Shown here: piece by piece, positions 43,207 to 52,262 of the stretch | How positions within the stretch are numbered: the stretch's first letter is position 1 | Layout: the number at the start of each line of letters is the position of its first letter | Origin: Epithemia pelagica | Taxonomy: Eukaryota > Protista > Bacillariophyta | Direction of reading: 5' to 3' | Assembly (NCBI GenBank): GCA_946965045.2 | Contig: OX337228.1 | Location: 2,170,001 to 2,234,000, forward strand | DNA: 64,000 nucleotides | Made by a program: the position numbers and the translations under genes | The notes under the pieces: model-generated | What the model was told of the DNA's origin: nothing | Database searches by the model: none | What the model saw: the letters and a program-made list of their open reading frames with translations, nothing else

Positions 43207-45363
43207 ATGATGATGACATCCAAACGAACCTTGACGACCAAGAATCGACGTGTGTCGAAACGACGTAGTGGATCAAGTGGCAACAACAACAACAGCAACA
43301 ACATGGTTCGACATCAGGTTCTCAGCTCCATCAACCTTATTCTGTTTGCCTTTGGGTGTTTTTCCAACTTTATGGTACTCCTCAAGACGACGGACGAGCA
43401 GCAACAGGTCGAGGTACGGGCAGCTTTACAATCTGGCGGTGGGGGCATTCAAGGAGTGATTGATCAATTGCGAGACAATGCCGAACAGACTCCACGACCC
43501 TTTCAAGCCTTGCGATTGGATGAACAAGACATGGAGCATGCTCGGTTGTCCTACGAAGGCAAGGCAGTCTTTAGTTGGATCAAGGGAAATATGACCAAAG
43601 GAGACGAGAAGCAATTGGGAGTCGTCTCGGTCTCGCAAAATCGGTCCATTGACATTGAAGTCACGGCCATGCTGGCCACGGTGGATCTGCGGCCTCGCAA
43701 TTGGAAACTCAACAACGGCTGTGCCATGGCCTCCTGGGTCGCGCTCGGCCAATCCATTGTCTTGCGCTTTCAAAAGCAACGACCTCCGTCCGACAAGTTT
43801 TTGCAACCCACCTGTTCCATTTGTCATGTCTGGGCCGACCATGTGAGTGCGGCGGAATACGCGCGAAGTCTCCAACGGACCTTTGGTAGTCACGCGCGGG
43901 TGTTTCGACCACTGCACCATCGACGGAACGATGCCACCATTTGTTTGGGTGGGAAGGCAACCTTTGCTCAACGACAACGCTGGAACTCCACCAATTGGCA
44001 TCGGGAACGAAATCATATTTGGAAAAAAGGTCGGGAAGAATTCCCCGATGAACGTGACTCGGCGCATGGCTTTGTATGGGCTGTTTGGTGCCAATTGCCC
44101 AATACCAAGCCTGGTCTCGAGAACAATCTCACCTCCTGCAAGGCCCTGCATCCCTCCTCGTGGAATGACCAACTTCAAAGTGTCTACTATACCAGTACCT
44201 TTCAGCTGCCCGTCAAGTTTTCTCATGGAGGAGGAGCCTACCGCGTTCGATCACGGTTTCCTTGGCAGTCCTTTGTCATGGATGTCAACCAGTATCGAGA
44301 TCCCATGATTCCACCCTACCCCCAAAGTTCCAAGGACTTGAGCTTTTTGTGGGCCGAAGGACCGCTTTGGTCCAAGCAGAGATTCAAGAGCCAACCACAC
44401 GATGTTGTAGACTTTAATCTGACCTATTCCATTACTCTCAAGAAGGGTGCTCCATCCGCCATTGGGCCACGCTTTGTTCTCTCCCTGCTCCAACAAGCCA
44501 CCATTGCACCCAATTCGACACGCATCATTGCCGTGCTGGATAGTCAAGCGAGGGCATCCATTGCGGGATTGAAAAAGCTCCTCGAGTTGCCTCTGTCCAC
44601 CTGGTTCCCCATTTGCGGAGAAGAAGAACAACCCTATCCCACCTACGACAATGCCTTTGCCCTCTTGTATACTCAAGGATGCTATTCCCGACCTGTCTCG
44701 TACACGGCCGAACGGGCCTTGACCTTTCGAGATTTGTTAGAGTTTCGACGGGTGCAGATTCGCATAGTCCCCTTTCCCCTTCGTGCCGAACTGTTTGGCA
44801 CGGTCCGACAAATGGGACAAACAGCCTTTGCGGCATGGTTGGGTCTCCGCTTTGGAGCCGAATTTCATGCCCTCATGTACATGGATACGGATGGAATTCC
44901 CTTTGTGTACCCTCGTCACCATGGACAAGACTTGTCCCGTAATTTTCTCAAAGTATTGTATGCACGCTTGTGGAGAGGAAAAAGTCCTTGTGCCAACCAA
45001 CGATTTGATGCCTATGAATACGCTGTCACGAAGCGATTGCCCAAACTCGAACTGCGCTGTGTCCGCGAGGCCCTCTTGAATCAAAGTGAGTTTGAAAACA
45101 CGGCTCGTCGTTGCACGGATCGCCCAGGCCATTTGGTGGCCCGTACCGATTCCTTGGGCATGCTCTGGATTCATGACAATTATGCCTTGCCCGAAGACCT
45201 GCCTCCACAGGTTCGCATGTGCAATTGGTCCAATGGGTATTTCTTCCCCACGAAACTGGCTTTGGAAATGCATTTGCGCCCCGATGCCAGACCGGAACAA
45301 GGCGACTATTGTGCTTGCCGTCCCGAAAATCTAGTCGATGCAAACGGAGAAAAAGACTATTAG
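43207..45363 (+). CDS. Hypothetical type II membrane protein, possibly a GT-A fold (GT92/DUF23-like) glycosyltransferase
   Basis: 722-aa ORF; TM LSSINLILFAFGCFSNFMVLL; DxD in YMDTDG (near 44881) and a late WIH motif. Family assignment tentative. Confidence 0.55.
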   Translation: MMMTSKRTLTTKNRRVSKRRSGSSGNNNNSNNMVRHQVLSSINLILFAFGCFSNFMVLLKTTDEQQQVEVRAALQSGGGGIQGVIDQLRDNAEQTPRPFQALRLDEQDMEHARLSYEGKAVFSWIKGNMTKGDEKQLGVVSVSQNRSIDIEVTAMLATVDLRPRNWKLNNGCAMASWVALGQSIVLRFQKQRPPSDKFLQPTCSICHVWADHVSAAEYARSLQRTFGSHARVFRPLHHRRNDATICLGGKATFAQRQRWNSTNWHRERNHIWKKGREEFPDERDSAHGFVWAVWCQLPNTKPGLENNLTSCKALHPSSWNDQLQSVYYTSTFQLPVKFSHGGGAYRVRSRFPWQSFVMDVNQYRDPMIPPYPQSSKDLSFLWAEGPLWSKQRFKSQPHDVVDFNLTYSITLKKGAPSAIGPRFVLSLLQQATIAPNSTRIIAVLDSQARASIAGLKKLLELPLSTWFPICGEEEQPYPTYDNAFALLYTQGCYSRPVSYTAERALTFRDLLEFRRVQIRIVPFPLRAELFGTVRQMGQTAFAAWLGLRFGAEFHALMYMDTDGIPFVYPRHHGQDLSRNFLKVLYARLWRGKSPCANQRFDAYEYAVTKRLPKLELRCVREALLNQSEFENTARRCTDRPGHLVARTDSLGMLWIHDNYALPEDLPPQVRMCNWSNGYFFPTKLALEMHLRPDARPEQGDYCACRPENLVDANGEKDY

Positions 45364-45456
45364 TCAAGAACCATACACTCTATAGATTGATACTGTTTCT
45401 CGTTGCTATAGATGGTGGTCATTGGACAAGAAACCTCTACTGACTGTGGCGTGTGT

Positions 45457-46930
45457 CTACTTGTCTGTTACACCTTCTTCGGGTCGCCTCGTTTCTCGCA
45501 CTTTGAGTTGCCGTTTGGCAATGGGAATGAGCCATTCCATGGCAGCTCGGATTCCTTGACCATTCGCGGCGTTGGCAAAGAACAAGGCTTGATAAGGATT
45601 GTGGTAGTGTGGCAAGAGACGTGTGGTGCTATATTGTACGTCCATTTGCGGACGTGACAGGTTCGTTTGGTTTGCGGAGGAGGAGGAAGTCTCTTGAAAA
45701 ACATGACCAAGCACCAGGAACGGGACATCGTCGGGGATGGAACTTCGCACGGTCTCCAGCAAGGAAAGCTGATGCGCATAGTCATATTGATCTCTGCTAC
45801 TGTCGTCATCTTCATCCTCTTCTCCTTCGTTCTTCCCTTCTACCAGAGACGAAGGAGTCTTCCACACAAAAATGACGGCATCCGAATCCGAGTAATACCG
45901 TTCCCACAAATCAAACATCCGTCCTCCCAAATCCCAAAAGTTACAAATCACACCTTGGGCTGTGATTTTCCCCAAGTTCATACCAATTGTTTTTCGTATT
46001 TTGGACAAGGCCAACATTTTTGATTTTGGCTTCAAGTCATACTGGGCGTTGTCTGGTTGTTGTTGGTCTCGTCCCTGACTCTCGTCAACAGCATTAGGAG
46101 TCGAAGGACTAGACGAATGTTGTGGTTGTTGCTGTTGTTTATTTGAACTGGCATCATTGGTCGTGGACGACGAAGAAGTATTGGAGGACCCTCCCTCATC
46201 CATATCTACCGTCCGAAGAGAAGATTCGTTGGTATCCGTACGATCCAAAGACTTGCCGCCGTCACTCGCACTACTAGTACTGCTTTGCTGGGGGAATGTC
46301 GGTGACACAACTTTGCGAGTAAAGGCCGGAGATGGTATGTCGCCCAATGCTTCGACAGCGTTCAAGGTTTTTTCTTCCTCGACCTCATCCTCGTTCGCAT
46401 CGTCAACAATAGCTGCATTCGCATACCTCGAAGGTGCAGGGCATAGCCAACTGGATCGCTTTTTTGCTTGTGGTGGTGGTGGTGGTTGTTGTTGTTGTTG
46501 CGATGTGGATCCAATTTCGGTGGACGACTCCTGTTCTCCCGCCTTGGTTGGTGTAGAATCATTCGGGTCAGACGCTTCAGCATCCGAATCTTTCAACTCG
46601 GAACTGTCCTTGAGCCAATGAACGGGTACATTTGCAACATTGTCAAATCCGCTGGTACTACGTTGGAGTGCATTCGTTTTGGTCGAAAATTGAGTCACCT
46701 TTATTCTCTCCAGCAAGGTTGTTTTCCCTGGATGACAAAAGTCACGTGAGACAGAGAGAGAGAGCAACTTGACTTGTCGACTATGGTTCGCACGGGCTAT
46801 ACACAGAACTTGAATTTGGCTCGCCACCACAGCATCGTTTCTTACCTACACCCGATGCTCCCACCATTAAAACATTCATTTGGGTTGGAGCCAAGTAGGC
46901 TTGGTAGATACCTGACACCAAGCTAAACAT
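45457..46930 (-). CDS. ARFRP1/Arl-like small GTPase with a large low-complexity insertion, 2 exons
   Basis: Exon 1 MFSLVSGIYQAYLAPTQMNVLMVGASGVG (ATG 46930); intron 46728-46845; KTTLLERIK; then KTIGMNLGKI, FWDLGG, LWERYYSDSDAVIFV. Confidence 0.82.
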
Positions 46931-47226
46931 CGTGCTACAACGATAAGAAGATGGGTCAACCAGAACGTAATAGCGAGGGAGAGGGCGATGGACAACTCAA
47001 CATAAAGTCTTCGGATCGTCTCCTTCCTGCTTCCGTCTTCTCTCATTCAAGACTGAATCGATTGTAGGTAAGGTAGTTTGGGGGTGTCCCAGTCAGTATT
47101 CCCCCAGTCGAAGAGGGGTTTATGAAATCCCAAGGGCCTTCCTTATATTCATGTACGATCTTTGTGTAAAGTCTCAAATACAAATGATTTGGGGGCATGG
47201 ATACGACCCACTTTTCTCTTAAGATA

Positions 47227-47990
47227 TTATACATGAGACACTGCCCACAATAAAGCTGCGCCTACCACGACAGCAGCCGTTGTTGCTACGGCGACTGTGT
47301 TAACTGGAGGAGTTGGCTTGGGAGGTGGACTGCTTCCAAACCCTGTAAGTCGACTTGGGTCCACCACAGGGACAGCATTCGATCTCCCACTCGTCGCCCT
47401 ACTTCCTCCAGAGGATGCTGCTGTCTTTGGCAATTCCGTGGGCTCTGGTCGACCCTCTACCCTTGCTAACAATACTTGTCGATACAGCTCGGCCGAGGGA
47501 GTATCGTATTTCTCTCTCAGAGGTGTTTCAGACGACATGTCAACCCCATGACTTGTCAGAAACTCTCGGCATTTTTCATTTCCTCCCTGCATCATTTGTT
47601 GTATCTGTTTGTCTGTCCACGAATCCAGCATTACGGATCGAACAAACGAAATGTGAGTCCCCAGGCCCCTATCATTTCGAATGCAACATTAGATTTTCAA
47701 CCTTCAAGCAATACACAAAACTGATACTCGCCACTTGCCGATGCCGTCCAGAACATTGAAAGCAGAACAGAATTCCCAGTTTCGGTGAACCCCAATCGGG
47801 TTTGCCCGCGCCACAATCAACTGCACCAACAAAAATGCGAGAATAATGACACACAATCTATTATTGAGAGCGGTTCATTTTGAGATTCAACACTTGAAGC
47901 ACATCTTGCCATCCACTTACTGCATTCAAGGTTTCCGGGGAGCTCCTGGATCCTGGAAAAATCAGAGGGATTCATGCAGCAGTCGTCCAT
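47227..47990 (-). CDS. ArfGAP zinc-finger protein with C-terminal hydrophobic tail, 3 exons
   Basis: Spliced: MDDCCMNPSDFSRIQELPGNLEC-I|DCGAGKPDWGSPKLGILFCFQCSGRHR|GLGTHISFVRSVMLDSW...GGNEKC = C-x2-C-x16-C-x2-C plus the catalytic Arg. Confidence 0.9.
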
Positions 47991-48129
47991 CGTGAGAGTG
48001 TTCTTGTTGTGTTGTGTACTCGTATCGATAGGAGAAATAAAGGTGAAGGTGAAGGTGTGAATGTGAAGGCTGAAGCTAAACTTAGGGCTATAATATACTG
48101 CACCGACTGCCTTCGATGTGGGGGAAGAG

Positions 48130-49530
48130 CCCTCAGGGCCTGTGTCCAGGGAATGTGTTTTTGAGTTCTGAAATCGAGTTTCGAGTTTCGAGGTTGAGCC
48201 AATAGGTTATGGTCCCCTTGAAAACTCGAAAACACAACCTCGAATCCCCCAAATCTTGGCAATCCCCCAACGACCTTGCCAAGATTCTGAAATCGAGTTT
48301 CGAGTTTCGAGGTTTGCAAAGAGCCCCACGCGCTCCTACAAAACCCACCTTTCAGCCGCCGGGCTCTCTGTCTCTCATTTCAATCTCTCCGACAACAACA
48401 ACGAGGCAATCTCTCTTGTCCATCATAGACAATAGTAGCACAATGATTGATGTGATGTAAGTAGAAGCTTCTCTAGAAAATAAGCAAGTATTATTAACCT
48501 GTCGCTGCCATGGAAGTAATGGTCACAACCACTGTCAATGGTCAAAAGCAAATAGTTCTCATCTCTCCATAGATGACATGGTTACGGAACAAAGCCCGCA
48601 TCCTGCTCCATGGACGGGCTCTACAAATATTCTACCTTCTCCCGTTATGCAATGTGATATTAGGAATTAGGAGTACTCAAGCGACATTTGTTTGTCGTCA
48701 TTGTCAATTGCCGTTGTGCTCGTTCATGCGCCGGTAGGGGGGAAGCATGGGAGTGCACGAGTATTGAAAAATAAAACTCGAAACTCGAAACTCGAAAATA
48801 CAGTTTTTACCTGGACACGTAAGGGCTGGGTAAGCCGATCCATGTTCGGCTAAGTAGGCTCAGTACATTAAGCTACGTAGTACTATTTTCATCACTGTAA
48901 CAAGTGGGGCGAATGGTCACAAATCGAAAACTTGCTGCCACGAGGAACAATGCAATCCGGAAACCATCACTCGACAATGGTCGAAGAAATCACCCCCATG
49001 GCAATAACTTCATGGATAATAGAGCTTGACTCGACCGCTTTGACAATAAGATTATTTACTACTAGATCAACTATGCTTTCAATTCGGTCGAGTCAGCATT
49101 GAAAAATGAGTGAGTTAGGGCGGTCGTTCGATTTCATCACTGCAGAAAAATGAGCGTACCTTTTGATCCAACGCGACAAATCTTCTGTAGCTGCAGAACA
49201 CAGTAATACTAGCAAACTCAAACAACTTACAGTAGTAGGATGTTGATGCGATGCATCGGTAAATGCATGCGGCATCAACGGATCTCGCCGTCATCGTGGA
49301 GTGTTTTTGCATTTTTTCGGACTTCCCACCATTTCAGGTATGACGTGTGCTATGGGATTTTATGTACGCTACGTAGCTTTTGTACTGAACCTACTTAGCC
49401 GAACATGGATCGGCTTACCCAGCCCTTACATCCAGATCGTTGTTTCAAGGTAGGGACAGAGCCCCACCTCAAAACTCGAAACTCGATTTCAGACCTCGAA
49501 AACACATTCCCTGGACGCAGGGCCTCAGGG
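48130..49530. mobile_element. Non-autonomous foldback/MITE-like element with GAAACTC heptamer repeats
   Basis: 65-bp inverted repeat 48130-48194 vs 49466-49530 (about 6 mismatches); extra (TCGAGTT)n/(AACTCGA)n blocks near 48290 and 48775. No TSD found; ends uncertain. Confidence 0.6.
48822..49426. mobile_element. MITE (605 bp) with ~60-bp TIRs and TA target duplication, nested in the foldback element
   Basis: AGGGCTGGGTAAGCCGATCCATGTTCGGCTAAGTAGG.TCAGTACA..AAGCTACGTAG inverted at both ends; TA at 48820-21 and 49427-28. Confidence 0.82.
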
Positions 49531-49758
49531 ACGGTGGGCGCGCACAAAGACTGTCAGACGACCATGATCTGTGCCCTGGAAATGGTGCCCGACGCCTTCC
49601 ACCTCCACATCCACACCTCCACGGGAAACGAAATAATGGGTCAGCTACCCCGACTATGTTTACCGGCGAATAGAAGTGAAACTATTTAGATGATGGGGTA
49701 AATGCCAATTGCTTATTGCCATTAGAACCAATTGCAATATTTAGTCTAATAACTAATC

Positions 49759-51816
49759 CTACCGAACTCCCAGCTTTTCCCGGAAATAAGCATCCTTTCC
49801 ATGCAGATCGACCCATTCCTTAAGAGGCCGCGATGAAGGAATCAACTTCAAAGTTTCCGCAATGGGTTGTCTCTGCTTCACAGCATCGGAATGTGCCAAC
49901 TCGGCAAACATTGGCCCCAAATCTTTGAGGTAAGTGCCCTTGACCTTGACATTGGACGCATCGTCTTCCTTGTTATTGCCTTCGGTTGTCGTCAGTACAT
50001 CCGTCACAAGAGCGAGTTCATGTCCAGCAAATACTTGGTAGGAATCAAAGATGTCAGCAACAATGGGCCCCAACGCTTCCACACTAACCGAGGCAACAGT
50101 GCTTCCATCCTTGGAGGTGACGGTCCGCATGCCACTGTTTTCTTCCGTCATTCCTGGAACATCTCCTTCTTCGGAATACGGAAGCGTGATGTAAGTCACA
50201 GAAAGCTTTTTCGTCCGTGCGTAGGCAACTGCCATGGCTTTGGCATCCAAGGGCAATTCCAGGCTCGTATCGTCCGTGATGGCTCCTTCATCATTCCATA
50301 CAGGATGGTGATGGTGGTCGCCATGTGCTGGCATTGTGGACGCAAACACTAAATGTCGAGCGGAATGAGATGCCTCGCAGGCATCGATCAAGTTATGCAC
50401 ATGACGCTCTTCTCCAGCCATCACTTGGTGACCCGTGTGGCCGAGATTCGTCACAAAGAACACTCCATCCACACCAGTGAGAGCTTTTTCGCACGATGCT
50501 TTATCGTCATAATCAGCATATACAAGTTCCACCCGATCTTTGGCTTCCGGGGGTGCTAACTTCAACAAAGCTTGAGCTTCCGGTGAATCGGGGTGCCGCG
50601 AGGTGAGCCGGACTCGGTAGGTCTTGCGACTGTCGGACAACAGGCCTTTCAACACTGAAATACCTTCTTTGCTGGTGGAACCAAAAACTGCAACAAAATT
50701 GATTTCCGCTGCATCCCAATCCAGACCGACTTGTTCAAAAGCTTGAGAGTCGGAATGGACCAGAAGCCAATCCTGAAACGTTTGGGTGTGTTTCGGGAGA
50801 ACTAATTTTTGACAAATATCCATGTCAGTGGCATTGCTCAATGGTCGACCGAGAAACTGACACATTTGCGCGATGGCCGGTGCTGCGGGAAATGGCAATT
50901 CTGCCATCTCCTTGTAAGTCAGGGGGTTGTAAATGACGTCTTTCCCAAAAAGATCAGAGAATTCAGCTGCTATCTCATCCATCGATATTTGTTGTCCAAG
51001 AAGACGCAGGTTTCGCCCGTTGAAAAAGCTTGAAGAGTCGGCGTTGATACTGGTACTGAGGAATATCTTGGGGACGATATATTTCAAGTCTCGAGCTCCC
51101 ATCATGTCAATCTTCTGTGACCCATCACCCAAACATGCAGCCAATGTCCACTGAGTTTTGGTTTCGTCGGGAAGGGGACAAAAGAATCCGAGAAAGTTGG
51201 AGAAGAAAAATGGCATTGTGAGCAAGGTCACATTGATTTCGGGTGCTTCCTTGCCAAGATAGTCCACAATATATTTGGCTCCCTTTCCTTTAGCTGAGTA
51301 ATGAGGCACGACGCTACCATCATCCAAAGGTTGGATCCACGTTTCCCCTGTTTCCTCACGAATCTTTTGATTCAAGGTCTGTACATCATCGCGGCAGCTC
51401 ACAATCAGATGACGAGACAAAGTTGGATCTTGGCGGTGAACATCGCAAAAGATGTGAGCAACTCCAACCATGGTTTCGTACTCGGCCATGGCCGCGTCGT
51501 CAAAACTTGTGGCTGGCTTGTCTGGAGCGGCGTCGGAGGATACCAAGTCTGTTGTCGTGATGAGGTAAATGGCTTGTGCCGCTGTTTCTTCTAGTGCTTT
51601 CCGGACATCGTCACGATTCTCGATGTTACCAGTCTTCATTTTGGCCCCTAGCCCATCCGTCAAGTAGGTCGTGTCTGACGTCTGATTGGTAAAAGCATAG
51701 ACAGGGTAAAACCCGGCCTCAATCAATCCTTCCAGTACTGCTCTCCCTTGTTCTCCTGCAGTTCCAAATACCAATGCAGGAACATTGTTCCCTGTAGATG
51801 CGTCTTCTTTTGACAT
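49759..51816 (-). CDS. NmrA-like protein with two tandem NmrA (atypical SDR) domains
   Basis: Two Rossmann starts, ALVFGTAGEQGRAVLEGL and VAVFGSTSKEGISVLKGLL; first domain has GKDVIYNPL...LAQMCQF-type C-terminal motifs echoed in the second (GPMFAELA). Confidence 0.8.
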   Translation of the reverse strand: MSKEDASTGNNVPALVFGTAGEQGRAVLEGLIEAGFYPVYAFTNQTSDTTYLTDGLGAKMKTGNIENRDDVRKALEETAAQAIYLITTTDLVSSDAAPDKPATSFDDAAMAEYETMVGVAHIFCDVHRQDPTLSRHLIVSCRDDVQTLNQKIREETGETWIQPLDDGSVVPHYSAKGKGAKYIVDYLGKEAPEINVTLLTMPFFFSNFLGFFCPLPDETKTQWTLAACLGDGSQKIDMMGARDLKYIVPKIFLSTSINADSSSFFNGRNLRLLGQQISMDEIAAEFSDLFGKDVIYNPLTYKEMAELPFPAAPAIAQMCQFLGRPLSNATDMDICQKLVLPKHTQTFQDWLLVHSDSQAFEQVGLDWDAAEINFVAVFGSTSKEGISVLKGLLSDSRKTYRVRLTSRHPDSPEAQALLKLAPPEAKDRVELVYADYDDKASCEKALTGVDGVFFVTNLGHTGHQVMAGEERHVHNLIDACEASHSARHLVFASTMPAHGDHHHHPVWNDEGAITDDTSLELPLDAKAMAVAYARTKKLSVTYITLPYSEEGDVPGMTEENSGMRTVTSKDGSTVASVSVEALGPIVADIFDSYQVFAGHELALVTDVLTTTEGNNKEDDASNVKVKGTYLKDLGPMFAELAHSDAVKQRQPIAETLKLIPSSRPLKEWVDLHGKDAYFREKLGVR

Positions 51817-52262
51817 GGTCTCTTTCTCTGTCTCGTATCGTGCTTCCAGTTGACAAGTGTGTTCTTATCAGGATCGGGTTCTCGTTTCTCTTTTGTCGTG
51901 ATCGGATGTATCTTTTGATTCTTCGCTTTGCTTTTTTTGTGAGAGCTTGCGCAATGATGAGAGAAAAGATGATGTGACATTGACATGACTGTCTGTCCGC
52001 TTCGCATTTGCTTTTTCGTGTCTGTTGCGGAAGGTCGGATTTAAAATTTTGAAGTTGAGTTTCAAGAAAAGTCTGATGGGTAGACACACCTGAATTGCGA
52101 GAACGGAGAACGGCTCGAAATTGTGGCAAAAGACAATCGAACATTGTCTCCAAGGTATTACTCCTACTCCTCTGATTCTGACGCCAAGAGCCTTGAGCAG
52201 CGCTGCATTGGATCTGGGGTCCATTTTGAGAGGGAGACATGCAAGGTGATCCGGCTGTCCAC

